DNA of 62,989 bases from Nemertoderma westbladi (GCA_032718475.1 JAUCBJ010007897.1:1-62989), one strand, 5' to 3'. Positions 23,725 through 39,100 are shown, counted from the stretch's first letter. Notes: generated from the sequence alone by a model not told the origin. A program made the numbers and translations.

Positions 23725-26200
23725 ATGATAAAGTACACTTTCCACTGTGGCTTGAAAGAACTTAGTCTTCAGGTGCCTGGAGAGATCTGATTTCAAGATG
23801 GTAACCATTTTTGATAGAGCTACCCATGCCATTTTTTTTCTATCTTTTATGTCTTTTTTGCTACTCTCTATCCATGACCCAAGATACTGGAAGTCGTCAA
23901 CCTTCCTTAGTTGATTATTATCAATTGTTGTCAAGTTTCCATAACATTAAAAGTCATGAATTTGGTCTTGGTAGTATTTATATGCAATCCAACCTCCTTA
24001 GCAGCCCTCTCTACTTTATTCAGTAGAAGCTGTGCATCTGCTAGAGTATTAGACAGCAGGGCAATGTCATCTGCAAAGTCAGTGTCTGTGACTGTAGTTG
24101 CTAGATATCTACTACTTATGCGTTCTTGTAGTATGAATCCCAGATCTTCACCCTTTGTGGCCATCCTCATTGCATATTCCAGTATAATTACAAATAGTAA
24201 TGGCACCAATGTGTCACCTTGCAGTACACCAGCCAGGATTGAGAAGAACTCAGTTTCACCATCTCGTGAGAGTACCTGAGCTTCTGTGTCACAATATAAT
24301 AATCCAATACCAGCCACAATTACCCCTAGTATTCCATAAGCTCTAAGGATTTCCAGCATTTTACCTCTATGGATTGAGTCAAATGCTTTCTTGAAGTCCA
24401 CAAAAGTCAGGACAGCGGTGAGATTCTTTGACTTAATTCCCTCAATCAGTCTCCATAGTGCAAGTATCTGAGCTATAGTTGATCTATATACTCAAAATCC
24501 GTTTTGGCTCTTACGCAGCAGTTTATCTATGTGAGGTTTAATTCTATATAGAATCATTTTGTTGTATATTTAGGCAGCTACCACAAGCAGACAGATCCCA
24601 CGATAGTTTGTTGGTATGCCGAGGTCTCCTTTCTTAGGGAGAGGCTTTAGTTGACCTTTAGTCCAAATTGGTGGTGGCATTTCTCCTTTCAGCATCAAGT
24701 TGCAAACACCCAATAATGGTCTGTTTAGCACTCCTGATTTCCATACCTCCGCTGGGATTTCATCTAATCCACTCGCTTTATTATTGGACATGCTTTTAAT
24801 GCTTCTTTGGAGTTCGGCAGGTGTGAAGTCCCCTGATTCTATAGGTAGCGTCTTTTTCATATATTTTCATTGTAGGTCTGATGACCTCGATGTGGTGGCT
24901 GCCCAAGCAAGTTGCTGAAGTGATTTTTCCACTTCCCAACACGTTCTTCAGGACTATCGGCTTTGAGGCACCCCTTTGCACAACCTTTCCGACCAGATAC
25001 CTCATTTATAGTTTGCCAGTTATCTTGATTGTTGCTGTATGTGAAAAGTTGTAATTTCTTCAATCTTGTCCAACTTCTCCTGGCTGATGTTGTAGTGCAG
25101 GCCAATTTAAGTTCTTCTTTAGCTTTCTCAACCTTGTTGATGTTTTCGGTTGTTCGCTTTGTAGGCTATCTTAAGATCTTCCCTCTTACAAGTAAACTCA
25201 GAGTCTTGCCATGGCACATAATGTTTTCGTTTGGGTTTCTGGGGAATGTGCCTCTTGCCTGATTCCTTATGGGCTTTTATTATATTCTGGTATATTGAAT
25301 CGGTGGATTGGTCTTCATCCATTGACTGAAGTGCTTCAAAGTGGTTTTGAACTTCTACTTTAACTTTCTAACCTTTACTGCATTGTCAGTTCTGAGTTTC
25401 TCCCAGACATAGTTGATTCGCTTGCTTGTCCTGGGTTTGCTGGCTTTCAAACTGAGTCTGATCTCTGCAGTCACAATTCTGTGGTCCAAACCAATTAGGT
25501 TGAACGAGTTGTATGCCTCGCAGTTAATCATGCTGTTTTTCCACTTTTTGTTTATAAAAGGACGTAATCCAGCTGTGATTTGGATCCATTAGGGTATTGA
25601 AATGTCTATAGCTTCATTCTCTTTTCGAATGTGGTGTTTGTTGGTATCAATTCACATTTTTTATTAGGTCCAAGAGAAAGCACCCATTTCTGTTCGAACT
25701 GGTGTTATAGGTGTAACCCTTGATGTATTCTGGGCCAATTTCAGGACACCAGATATGACTTTGACGTTGTGTTACAGAATGTCCTTTATAAGTCCAGTCA
25801 GATCTTCATAAAACTTGACTGCTTGTTTTGGCTCTGAGGCATTGGTTGGACTGTAGTAACATATTATTGTTGTCTTGGGATTCCCATCAAATGTTGCAAT
25901 TATGACCCTGGAATTTATAGATTCGATGTTTAGGGTGTGAAGTACAAATGGGCTGAGCAGAATTCCTACTCCACCAATTTATGCATTGGCCGAATTTCTT
26001 TCTGCTGAGCTTAATACTAACGTCCATCCATTTCCATATGTCATTGTACTTCGTGGCAGAATTTTCATGACAAATCCAATGTTCTTGAATAGAGATGAGG
26101 TCGATGTTATATTCCATTGCCAGAGCGACCATGCCACCCTGTTTGCTATGTGCTTTCGAGACTCACATTGAACCAACTTAACGTCATTTCATTATCCCTC
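23725..26200 (-). mobile_element. RTE LINE (family A), degenerate APE endonuclease + RT
   Basis: Fragmented ORFs: ISIQEH (APE), KASGLDEIPAE, PLPKKGDL..NYRGI, DFKKAFDSIHR, GVLQGDTLVP, DFADDI and DFQYLGSW. Confidence 0.92.
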
Positions 26201-27319
26201 TTGCATTTCTGCTGTGTGCTGTTATTCGTACATATGGTTGTTGCTGGCAGGTGGTGTCTGTGAGTGTGGGGTTCGGCTGTATGCTTTGTAGCACCGAGGC
26301 AATAAGCTCAATTGTTTGCCTATGTCCTTAACTATTTAAAAAGAGCAACAACATTTTGCCTACCTTGTACCGAATCAGTATAGAAAAAGATAATGCAATA
26401 GAGCAGTGTTATTATTATACTGTTCAATTACATTAAATTATATATATTTAATTGACCGTTATTCCACCCCATAACAATTAATTGATAATCTTAGTAGGCG
26501 TATAGTAGAATAACTTGAATGAGTATAAATCGAGGGATTAGGCAGCTCCCACCTTGGCGTAGTGGTAAAATCCGTTGCATTAAATTCACATTCACAAGTC
26601 GTGCGCACCCTCCCTGTATTTTCATTTCGCTACGAATAATTTAAAGCGACTAGCCGGATTTATCTAAGCTAACTAACTAACTGAGAACAAGTTCAATTGA
26701 GATAGTGTTTGGATTGGGAAACTAAGTGACCTGTTGTAGATTCGGAAGGTTTCTCCGTCTTACGGAAATCTCTTTACAAATCTAGAGGTCCAAATTACAT
26801 GGAAGAATATACCGGATATTAAATATTAAGTGACCTTTTAAGTGACTATTGACATTGTTTATGAGAACATGTCAATAGTTGACAACTAACGTAAAGTAGG
26901 TATTAATACTAATTATATCCTATAGTGGGGATAGTTTCAGATATAATTTAATCTGCCTACGCTATACCAGTTCTTATTAAATGCATTAACCTTATTTATG
27001 TACTAGAAAGCCAGTGACCTTTCCCTAGTGTGGTCTAGTACACAAACTATTTCAACAATTCCAAAATTAATTAATTAATTATTTACTGTAACTTAAAAGA
27101 AAAAGTCACAAGACTCAGTGTTCTCTCAAACAAAAGCAGATTTACTTGGCAGGATTTACTACAAAATAAGGCTTATACTGTGTAGTAGATACCTGTCAAA
27201 GCAAATCCCAAAAGGTTATAAACAACAAAAAAAATAGGACAAGGATTTCATTTCAAACATTTCTTTTACTTTCATTTTCACTACTTTCGCTCTATACAAG
27301 ACTGTAATGCATTTACACT

Positions 27320-29275
27320 ACGACCCTTCTCCAGTGATCACCGCCTTATTGTGGCCAAGGTAAGACTTAGTCTGCGTGCTAGCAGAACAACGAAATCTGC
27401 CTTGCCGCGGCATGACTGGTCCTCTCTATTGCAACAGCCAAGTGTGAGATCCAGCTTCACACTACAGCTGAGAAACAGGTATGAGGTTCTTGCCTCTGTG
27501 GCGGCAGATCACTGTGAGGGCTATACTGCCTTCACAGAGGCAGTTAAATTAGCAGCTGCAGAAACAGTTCCTGTATACCCTCGAAACAGGAAATGGGCCC
27601 ACTGGACTGACAACAAAATTCAGAAGTGCCGAAATGACCTCTACAAGGCGCAGAAAGAGTCCCGACTCAAACAGACTACAGCGGCATCTAGGTCCCTGAA
27701 CAGGCAGTACTCTGTTAATTTACAGGAGCTAATAAACCAACAGGTTGATGCCATCAATGATGCTGACGAAAGCAGGCAATCATCCCAGGCATGGCGATCG
27801 ATCAACTTGCTTGTTGGTCGAAAAAGCCAACCAACCACCAAGGAAGGTTAAGGCTGAATCACCAGCCGATCGCATCAATGGATGGAAGGCCCACTTTGAA
27901 AAGCTCCTCAATATAATGACAGGGTATTGCCTGACAACTTTATAGAAGTAAAAGTGTCTGAGTCTGTACTCCCAGATATTCCCATTGGTGATATCTCCTT
28001 TGCAGAAGTGAAGGCTGCTGCAAAGAGCATTAAGACCAATCGTGCCAGTGGAGTAGATGGTGTTCCCCTGAGGTCTTTAAAATACCTGAGTGTTTAAAGC
28101 TCATCTATCCCATCATAGTAGACATGTACCGAACAACAAGAGTCCCACAAGAAATGAAAACAGATAAGTTGGTGCCAGTTCCCAAGAAGGGCAACCTAAC
28201 ACTCTATGGTTCTTTACGGGGAATCTCATTGATCTCGATTGCTGCAAAGCTATACAATAGAATTCTATTAAATCGAATCAGGGATCCCATTGAAAGACTG
28301 CTCCGTGGAAATCAGAATGGGTTCCGTAAAGGTCATGGGACCATGGAGACCATTTTGGCACTTAGAAGGATAATTGAAGAGTTATCAAAAAAGAAAGACA
28401 GGCATCTGGCTGTTATCTTTGTTGACTTCTTCAAGGCCTTTGATTCAGTCTCTCGCTCACGTATGTTCAGCATACTTTCATTATATGGGATTCCTGATGA
28501 AATTATTGCAGCAATCAGATCAGTATACGATGGTTCGACAACATTTGTGTCTACTGTTGACGGTGACACAGAACCATTTGAAGTGTTATGGGGCATCCTC
28601 CAGGGAGACACACTTGCACCATTCTTGTTCATAATTGTTGTTGAATATGTTCTACGCATGTCCTTAGATCATCATAATGATGATGGGGTGATGATAACTC
28701 CACCTACTGGCTCCAGAAGTCGAGGAAATCCTGCCAAGTACCTAACTGATCTAGACTTTGCTGATGACTTAAGAGTACTCTCAGAATCACTAGAGGGAGC
28801 CCAACGGCTCCTCAGCTCATTAGAACATGCTGCTTCTAGTGTTAGTCTTTTTATTAACTCCAGAAAGACCAACATTTTGACAGTTAACTTTGAAAGTCCT
28901 CAGCAAGTCTCTGATCGGATGAGCATAAGCTCAAAAGATGGTATGCTTGAACATGTGGATGACTTCTGTTACCTGGGATCATGGATCCGGAAGTCAGGTG
29001 AGGATCTTCGAATACGTAAGGGAAAGGCATGGGCAGCCTTGAATAGGCTTTCCAGGATTTGGAAGTCACCGAGAATTAATCGGAAACTTAAGGTCCGATT
29101 ATTTAGAGCAGCAGTAGTTCCAGTACTCCTCTATGGGAGTCCATGCTGGGCTCTAACGGCTGAGGTCACTAAATCTCTGGATGGCACTTTCACAAGAATG
29201 CTACGCCGGGTTCATTGTGTCAAGTACAATGCACACATCGCCAACCAGACACTATATAACATTGGAGGCAACTTG
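27320..29275 (+). mobile_element. RTE LINE (family B), 5'-truncated, with an open RT domain (ORF 28124..29356)
   Basis: SDHRL at the 5' end, then PVPKKGNL, QNGFRKG, VDFFKAFDSV, GILQGDTLAP, DFADD, FCYLGS and LLYGS; upstream frameshifts. Confidence 0.93.
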
Positions 29276-30222
29276 ACTCCAGATGAAAGACTCAGTGGTA
29301 ATAATGCAGAGGGCCCCCAGCTAGCTACTAAGAAGTGCATTGCTTGTCAAATTTAGGTAAGGCTGTGTTTGCCCTGTCACTATCTCTCAGACTCTAAGCA
29401 AATATTAACTATGCATTGTAATCTATACAGCTGTAATCTAATAGCTGTGGTATTTAATTTAATTTAATTTTTTTTTTTAATTTTTTTTTTAATTTTGCTT
29501 TCTCTTGTCATTTTTACGTGATAATGTAATTGTAGAGTTTTGGTTTTATGCTGCAAATATTCATCTACTCACTGCTGGCTGATCTGTTTTGCTGTTATTT
29601 CAGTGTTCAGGTGTGTCGCATATTTTATTTTTTTTATTTTTTTTTGTATTTTTATACGTAATGAAACAGGACGAATGGCATGGGTAGATTAAGTGTAGTT
29701 TTATGTAAAAGAAAAAAATTAAGGTGATGAGATTTTGTTATAAAGAATTATTATTTATTTATTTGTTATTATTTTGTTTGTAATACTTACCTATTATTTG
29801 TTATATTAATGTAGCTGTAGTAACAGGTGGTTTTTATAATTTTTTGCAAGATATTTTTTAGAATTACTTAGTTTGAGGTCAATTTTGATAGAGAACATTT
29901 TGCTATGATATAGGCCGTAGTTAAAGCACAAAAGCAGTAAGGGAAATATATATATGTATTAAGAGTTTAAAATTTCAAGAAAATTCATAAGTACCAAGTA
30001 ATAATATATTTATTTATGTAAATCACTTCATATCTAACGAATTGTTTGAAAGGCGTGAACCGTGAACCGGGCTCCCCACTGCAATCAAGAAAATGTTCCA
30101 TTACAGTAGTTTCTTTGGACCCACCTGTGTTAGTTCCACTTTCCTTATCTCTGCTCTGTAATTAGTTGCTTTTAATTGGTTTATAGTATTAATTCGAAAT
30201 GTAAAGTACAATGCATAAATGT

Positions 30223-30540
30223 CCAACCAGACGCAGGCACTATAAACATTGGAGGTGTCTCATTGGTTCCCCCAAGCTTGACACTTGAACAAAGCCGCCT
30301 TCGATTTGCATGACATTGTTTTCGCCGTGAGGACCAGCCAGTGCATAATCTTGTACTTTGGCAGCCTCATTGAGTGAACAAGCATGGTGGACAGCCCATG
30401 ACTTTCTTGAGACGCATCTTAAAGGACACTGGCCTTGAAGATGCGGGTGATCTAGCAAATGTCATGGGTGATAGGGAGTTGTGGCGGCGCAATTTTGTCG
30501 ATAGGCCGACATAGCATTTAATGCACGCTGCATTGAAGCG
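30223..30540 (+). mobile_element. RTE LINE 3' end fragment (family B)
   Basis: Closely matches 21575-21810 and restarts at sequence also present at 29241. Confidence 0.8.
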
Positions 30541-31760
30541 CCGATTGTGGATTGCATGGTTGCAGCACAATTTCGTCGAATGCAGGACTAGCAATCACAA
30601 TACAGCTGCAATGTACCATACCGATTATAAATATTGTTTTATCAACATAGGACGTGACATTATGTCACCAACATCTAATTGATAATGTCAACCTTTTTCA
30701 TAAACAGTTTTAACCAGCATTGTGTTACTAATTATGTTTCACTAAGATCGTGTCACCTATATATTGAAATTTCTGTCAACAATTGTGTTTCTTTTGGAAA
30801 ACCAGAAAACACTTTAAGCCGGTGAGTCCGATTTTTTATCACAAAAAGTTAGTTTCTATAATATAATTCCATTATTAAATTTCAATAATTATTAATAATA
30901 TAATAATAATATTCCATTATAATATAAAGTCCATATTTGTCTTCAGTTCCATTTTGTTTAAACAATTTCAATATAATATATAAATTATCTGTATTATAAA
31001 ATGCTTAGCAGTAAACTGTTTATTGAGACATTATCACATAATTATGATATAATCACTCACTAATATTGTGCACAATTCCTATATCTCAGTTAGCATACAT
31101 ACCAACCAACCGCTTATCTAATATTTTTCTACACTCCCACCGATTTTCCAACACAAACACTTTATCATATCATCAGAACGTCTCATTGGCTAATTCTCTG
31201 TGGTGCTTCAGGTAGCAAGGTGTCAGTTTCTACATAAAGTTTTGCGAAGAATAGTTTAATTTACAAGTTTATTTTAATTTCATACAAATATAAAATCTGT
31301 ATTTTATTTTATATGTAATGCAAATATTGGGATATGTTGATATCCTTTAAATACCAATAAGAAATGTGGCTATTTTAAATATAGAATACAATTTATTGTC
31401 ATTTTTTATAATTTGTATAGTATGTATTTATATCAATAGATGATTTGATCAAACAAACAATTTATGGTCATTGTTTTAATCCTGAAAAAGCTACGATAGA
31501 AATCAATTGAAATATTTTTTATTGGTGTACAATAAGATAAATATAAGGAATTAAGAATACACGCGATTATATTTTTGACCATGTCTAATACTTAGCAGTT
31601 TTAGAGACATAAGACTTACGATTTTTTAATACAGAAATTTTAGGTGATTTCACAACAACCAAACATTTTTAGAGATATTTTCATACGATAGACTTTCTCA
31701 TATATTTGTAATCATTCCCTTAGCAATATCTCCAATAGAGATACTTCAACCCACTATTAG

Positions 31761-31966
31761 AGGCGCCTCACACGGAATGTATCTTTTGTTGCAGCAACAT
31801 GTTGCAGCCACACCCACACGTATATTTGTTAACAGTAATATATATTTATTATATTTTTTATCTATATTTTTTAGAAGCATGTTAATCTAGGTTGAGTAAC
31901 AAAAATTCTTCATGTGAGGAGTTGTGCTGCATGTTGCTTTAATTATTTGCATGTGAGGCAAGCCTT
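31761..31966. mobile_element. Small MITE, possibly PIF/Harbinger-like
   Basis: Imperfect TIRs AGGCGCCTCACACG / CATGTGAGGCAAGCCT and internal palindrome TGCAGCAACATGTTGCAGC. Confidence 0.4.
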
Positions 31967-32329
31967 ATACCAAATTATTAGTATTCGTTATTATTAGAAT
32001 TATATGACATATTTATATTATTATTGATGGTATATGATAAATGCGAAATGAATTTTTGGTTTGGAGGTAAGAAAGTATAAATATGTTTAATTTAGATAAG
32101 CAGGGTAATTTTTAGATACTTCATAAATACACATTTTATGTTTTCTTGGGCACTGAATCTATTCATAATAATTCCAAGTGCAGTTCAGTTTATTACACGT
32201 CCTATTTTATGGCGTAAAAGTATGGTGATGCACCGAATGTTGCACTCAACACTGATGAATATATTGTCTAGAATAGATGTCTACTGCGATTATAATTTTT
32301 TCCATTGAAATCAGAACACCGAATAATAC

Positions 32330-32606
32330 TATACAGGAAAAATATGGATCAAAATATCAATTATAAAATTAATGGATTTTCAAAATATGGTGCTAGCACC
32401 AACATTTGACATGAAAATATGTATTCTATCGAATTGCGAACCCCGAAAAAACATGTAACTCAAAAATAGAGATGATATAGAGGTGGTCAAAAATGTGCCG
32501 AAGAAAGTTAAAAGATTAAAAATAGTATAAAAATATATCTCGAACAGAACGAAACCAAAAGATTTTTAGGAAAAGTCGTAAAAGTTCAGATTCCCAACTA
32601 CGCTTA
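32330..32606 (-). mobile_element. Diverged fragment related to the piggyBac-like element at 18351
   Basis: TTTTAGGAAAAGTCGTAAAAGTTCAGATTCCCAACTACG is a near reverse complement of 18424-18465; GGTGCTAGCACC motif shared. Confidence 0.65.
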
Positions 32607-34198
32607 CTGACTGTCTGACTGTATTTTCACTTAAATATATAAGGTGACAATAAGGTATAGAGAGTATACTAACTTGTCGCATTCGCAATTCGTAATCTGC
32701 AAAATCATCACAGCATGGAACAACTTCACTGAGTTCTTGACTAATCATAGAATATAGCAATGGTGAGAGGAAAGAAGGGAACATATCATTGCCATAGAAA
32801 CATATAATTTTAGAACACTTTATGTTGTTATTGGGGACAGGGGGGGGGGGGGGACTGGACGCAAATATCCCGCCTCAATGTTAAATTCTCAATTTAGGGA
32901 AAGGAGCAGGTACAGTGGCACGTTATTTTAACCAAAACAATAAACTAATTCTAATGCACAGCATTCTTAAAAATGCAGCTGCAATGCAGCATGCCGATAC
33001 TAGTAGTAGTAGTAACATTTATGCTTCTGTTGAATCGAACCATATTAATTAACTAAAATTAACAATTGATATCAATTTCATTTTTTCTTAATCAACATAA
33101 ATATCATTTGATAAAATATCAATTTATATCAATATCAATTGACAAGCCTTAGAATGAAAATATCATATAGTCGCGGTGCCACGCGTAGGCATAGGTACAG
33201 ATTCGGACAGTGGTCAGAGGTAGTCGCTACCCATATATTAATCTTACCGGTACCGGTCTACTCAACATATTATATTTTATGTTTTATGCATAGCAGTACA
33301 GCCTGACAGCAGGTCTTTGCATACGGCCACATTGGTGACCTGACTGCTCAGAATAGTCAAATACATAGCTTAACAAACTAATAATAAATCGGTTCTTTAA
33401 AAACTCAAGTAGTTCTTTATAAGATTTGACCGTAGTCAGAATTTAATTCATACTTATTTCGTAACTCTAGAGTTAGTTTTCATCCAAATAAAACATCATC
33501 CTCGTCTTAATAGGTCGCATTTATATGTTCTAGGACATCTTGGGAATCCGGAATACAAAGCGGATCCGCCTTGTCTTGAACAAACGAAAACATTTCATCC
33601 ACCTATTCCGGCTATACGATTCAAAAATGTACATGCGTGGTAGGCCACAAATACACGTTCGTGGGACCATCGCGCAGGACGAGGCTCAGTTTTCAGATAC
33701 AGATTAAAATTGAGCAATTCTATCCCAAAATCGGTACTTAAGAAATTTAAATAAATAAATAAGAAATTTAACCAAACTGCCAATAAGAATAAAAAAATAG
33801 GAAAATTCCCTCCTTCAATTCAACCACCCTCTTAATCTGCACCACCCCAACCCAAAGGACCACAGAGGATTAATGAAAGGCAGAGGTATTAACAGGAAAT
33901 TTGTGTTTTAAAAGTAATATATTTTTAGGTGTGGATGCAATCCAATTTGTAAAAATTATTAAAACTTACCTTTTGCCGATAGTATTGATACTGAAATATT
34001 AATTTTAAATTTTAAAATAAAATTATTTAAAATTAATTTTATTTTGAAAAATTAATTATAATAATTCAGATCTCCAATATCTCAGATAATCTAATGATTC
34101 TTCTAAAGAATATGATTAAATACTCCACGCCATCATTTTGCAAGATAAATAATAAGCAAGCCGGCATATTAGCCACTTTACACTAGTAGTGCCTGCCT

Positions 34199-34254
34199 TG
34201 CCTATGCCTATGCCTATGCCTATGCCTATGCCTATGCCTATGCCTATGTCCTAT
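34199..34254. repeat. (TGCCTA)n microsatellite
   Basis: About 8-9 tandem hexamers. Confidence 0.9.
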
Positions 34255-35949
34255 AGTTGTAATTACCCGTTGCCTAGTAGTGATAAGATAATATTGGACG
34301 GGCTCCAACTAATAACCAATAGCTAGTATGTCAAGGAATGAGGGAGGTATAGAGTGACGATGGCATTTGAAGACCTAATTACATTTAGATCAATTAAAAA
34401 CACATTTCTTAAAGCAAATCACTTGAACTAATTATAAACTATAATGGAATGGGGTATGTGGTTTACATCTGTATAATTTTTAAGCATAATTATTTAAATC
34501 TTATACTATAAAATAATTAATTTCCTTTAAAAGGCAGGTTGAAAATGATGTTTTTACCCTAATCAACTTAATTAACTAATTAACTGCTATTATCTTAGCT
34601 TCTTGAAGGCCACACGGAAATTCAACTTGGAAAATTTCTAAACTTTTGCCACACGGAAATTCAACTTGGAAAATTTCTAAACTTTTTCCAGACTACATGT
34701 GTACCAAGTTGGGATAGATTTCATCGATATTTGGCTGAGTTATTAACTTTTAAAATTGAACACAATAGATCAACAGAACAACAGAACGACAGATCAACAG
34801 AGCAACAGACACACCGATTGAGTTTTTGGTACCTGTATGCTAAGCTAAGCTCGCTTACTTTCGTCGCTCGCCCCACAGTCCCATATATTTTATGTTGATA
34901 TGTACATAATGATACTGTCACACCTAGAGCCCTCCGGAGTGAGATGTTCGTCACTGTAACCTGAGACCCAGCCGGGATGTCATTTTGAATTTGTGGGGAG
35001 CTCAATGCTATGTCATCTGATGTTATTATTCCATCACCATCATTTATCGCCAGCAGAAAATAGGTTAATTAGTACCATCACCATACTGCTAAAGGGCATC
35101 TCTCCAAACTAGAATTTGAGTATCCATAACCCCAGCAGTGATGAGTATCATTTCCTACTGGTTTGTAACTTAGACTTGTTTCTTAAAGAAATATGGAAAA
35201 AATATTTATATCTAGGTCTATTTTTCGTTTAATCCTGGAATAAATAAATTACACGAACTTGTTACTACCAAATCACAGGTGAAATTACTGAACTTAGGAA
35301 AATTTATTCTGTACACAAATAAATTAAGAGAAGAGGCAATAGGAATTCGATCTATTTAATACACACAGCAATTCAAGGCGGGTCGTGTAATTTCTCGTGT
35401 CGTGTAATTTATTTATTGCTATAGTACTGCACATTACATTAAATTACAGTACATTCACTCTCGCTTTCATGTGTACTGTTTAATCGACGTTTTATGGATC
35501 AACTGAAATGGTGCAAATATACTGTGTTGCTTTGTAGTTAAGAGTCTGGCTGGCTGCATTGCAAAGTTGGGTTGTTTATAAATCGTTTATAATTTGACTT
35601 GTTTATAATTTGATTTGTTTGTTTGTTTGTGTATTATAGGTACAGTAGGCTTACTTATATATATATATATCGTATTATTTTGTTGAGTTTATTGTTCAAC
35701 TATAACATTAATTTGTTACGGTTGTTTGCGAAATATATATATATAATTATAACAAAACATCTTATTGACAATCTTAAATACTACTTTAATTGATCACGGT
35801 TAGTGTTGGTTCAGGCTCTCCACCAAAACATTTAATGAAATACATTTTAGTTTAGTTTTTAAAGCTTTGATGACCTGCCTGTACCCAGTTGTTTTCAGTG
35901 ACTTAGCCAAGGCTAGCAATTAAGTAGATTTTATAGATGAACAATGAAC

Positions 35950-36186
35950 AACCAACAACCAAACAACCAACAATCGAAAACATTAACAAGGTTGAGAAAG
36001 CTAAGGACGATCTTAAATTGGCCTAGAACATCAGCCAGGAAAAGTACATCAGGATAAAACTGAAGTAATTACAACTGCTCACATACAGCAACAATCAAGA
36101 CTCACCTGGCAAACTGTAAATGAGGTATCTGGTCGGAAAAGTTGTGCAAAGGGGCGCCTCAAAGCCGATAGTCCTGAAGAACGTGT
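35950..36186 (+). mobile_element. RTE LINE family A fragment, left part (split by the Sola2-like insertion)
   Basis: Matches the reverse complement of 24935-25150 and is contiguous with 40638 once the insertion is removed. Confidence 0.85.
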
Positions 36187-39100
36187 GGGCAATTCCACAG
36201 AAAATGGGACACGACCATGGGAATATAAAAGTCCGGAATCATCAAAATTTGTTATGAAATCGGTGCTGGGGATAGTTGAAATGTATGAAAATGGAGAACA
36301 TATCACTTTTAATGCAACATTAAAATTTTTTCGATGTTTTAAAGTAAAGGCAACATGTTTTTAAGTCGTAGTGAAAAACGGTATGTAAATATAATATGCT
36401 AAGCAATAGTACTACTAGATTGCAGACTGGAACGAATATTTTTTGTTTACAAACAGGCAATATGTACACCTTATACTAGAGATTTAGGCCTGTGCTACAT
36501 TTTATAAAGCAGAGCATGGCACTCAAAAACATCCCTGAAATCGTGTCCCGGAAGTCACAAAATAGTATGAAAAGTTTCCATTAAGAAAATAAATCGGAAT
36601 GTATGTGGCAAACAGTGGCAGATTTTCCTAATGTATGACATGGGTCTCCACTGCATATAGATTATTACATCGTAGTGTTAACATTGGATGTAGCAATGAG
36701 TGATAAAATTTTGTCCCGCGAGTCACATTTCAACACATGTCACACAATTGTCTATATATATTATGTATAGAAAGTCGCACGTATTCAAACAATGAAATTA
36801 CTTTATAGGAAAGTTATAGGCATATCAATCTGTGCAAAATTGTACCATTATTGCAAAAAAATTAATTTTTCTTGTCCAGGAAGTCACTAAAACCCATCGC
36901 GATCGCAGTTTACACCCTTTACCAGCAGAGCAATATATAAAAAAGGAGGGTAATTTAAACTTAATATGGGTGCCAACCATGGGTACCAGTGATACGGATT
37001 TGTTGCTGTAGCTGTGGTAGGCTGGGGTCTAGCACAATCAGACATTCAGATGTCGCTTTAACATTATTTACTAATAGCTGAATAGTGATAAATACGCTAC
37101 TGTCAGACTGTATGTTCTTTAGGCTCAGTATCAGTTGCCTTCCTTTGTCTGTTTGTTAGAAGCTAGAAGCTTGCAGCTTGGTGACCTGGTTGATCGGTAG
37201 TAGTAGGCTAGGCCTTTTGTAAAGCTGTAATACGTACCGGACAATGTATAAATTCAACGAACGGGAGAGACTTCAAGCAGCTGAGAGAGAGCGGAAATCT
37301 AGACAGAAATTGAAGGCAGAAGATCCAGAACTGTTTAGAGTTAAACAAGAAACTCATCGTCAATGATGGAAGGAATGAGAACAGGAGAAGTTCAGGTTTC
37401 TTCCAGAAGATGAGAAAGTTGCTAAGGTGATTAAGAATCGCGAGTATGAACGTTTACGTAAAGCTAAACAGAGAGAAAAAACTAAACAACAAACATCACC
37501 AAAAACACCACCAAAAACAATCGCATTATCCACACTCCGTAAAGCTATGCAACGAGCAGATAGCAAACTTCCATCAACTCCATGCCGCAAAGCAGCTGTT
37601 ATACAGGAAGTTGGGTCTAATGAGGCCAATATCTTCTGCCAGGCTCGCTGCCACTGGTCATCATGGATTAAATATACCGAAAGACGTCCATGATAAGGTT
37701 TTAGAATTTTATAACTCCGATAAGATCAGTGTAATGTCGCCTGGGCGAAAAGATTTTTGCTATGACAAGGCTACAAAGAAAAAAGAGCAAAAACGATTTC
37801 TAATGTACAAGTTGTCTGAGTGCTACCATATTTTCAAGGAAGAGAATCCATATATTCGTATCGGCTTGGCTAAGTTTTGTGCACTACGGCCTCTATATGT
37901 TAAACTTCGTAAGGATACACCCACAGAGTCATGTTTATGTATAACTCACGAGAATATTATTAGATTGCTTCTAAGTGCACTTCATTCTACGTATCCAGAC
38001 CGCTTTCCTGAGCTGACAAGTAAATTCGCACTAACTTATTGTGTCTGCAAAGATCCTACGGTGGATTGTTGGTTACAAACGTGTGCCAAGTGTAAAGATG
38101 GACAGAAACTCAAAGGTTTGTTAATTATAGCAGTAGATCAGTAGCTTCAAAAAAACCTCTAGAAAACTACTGTGTAGGTCTACATATATTAGAATCTAAT
38201 GAATGGAAATTTGCTACTCTGAACTGTAAACCGAAATAAACAAATGTTAACTGCACATGGCAGTACAGCAGTAGCCAGCCATGGTAACTAACAAAATACT
38301 AAACTGCACCACAAAACTTTCTTCTATGGGCCTACCATCAATATTACTAGGCCTACTACCGGCAGACACTATTACTAACAAATTAATTTTAATAAAATAA
38401 AATAATGAATGAATATTCGCAATAAGTCTATATACCATTAATTGTTTTAGATCTATGGAACATAATCGATGCTGACTACGATATACTAAGCCCTATACGT
38501 TATTGGGTGTGGGAGAAGACAGATTTCTTGGAGAAATACAGAAGATGTGAACCTGGTGGAAATGTCATAAAGCTTCTATTCAAGAAGTTACCTCAATTTG
38601 TCTGTCATTCATTTACTAAACTAACTCAAAAAGAATAATTCGATGATGACCGTTCCAAGATTTCAGCTGATTCACTTGTATTGCAGATCGATTTCGCAGA
38701 TAATTTCACATGTATCCCACAGGATGAGGTGCAGAGCTCCTACTGGGCTAGGCCCCAAATTACACTGTTCACAGCACATGTCTGGTCGGAGAACAATTCT
38801 AAGAGCTATGCCGTTGCATCAGATACGAAATCTCACACCAAGACTGAGATATTTGTTTTCTTATATAAACTTCTACAATGTATACAAGAAGATGAAGACG
38901 TGCTCAATATTATCCACCTGAAAATCTGGTCTGATGAACCAACATCGCAGTGGCGTAACAAGTATACAGCTGTCACATCTGAGCTCCTTGCGAAGCATTT
39001 TTCCATAGATGTCGAATGGAACTTCTCATGTGCTGGACATGGTAAAGGTGCTGTAGATGGAGTCGGTGCAGCTATCAAACGTACTGTATACGATTTGGTT

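Noticed and set aside
26555-26600. A-box-like TGGCGTAGTGGTAA suggesting a tRNA gene
   Set aside because: No B box or cloverleaf follows; a related sequence occurs inverted at ~22180-22220, so it is a repeat fragment.
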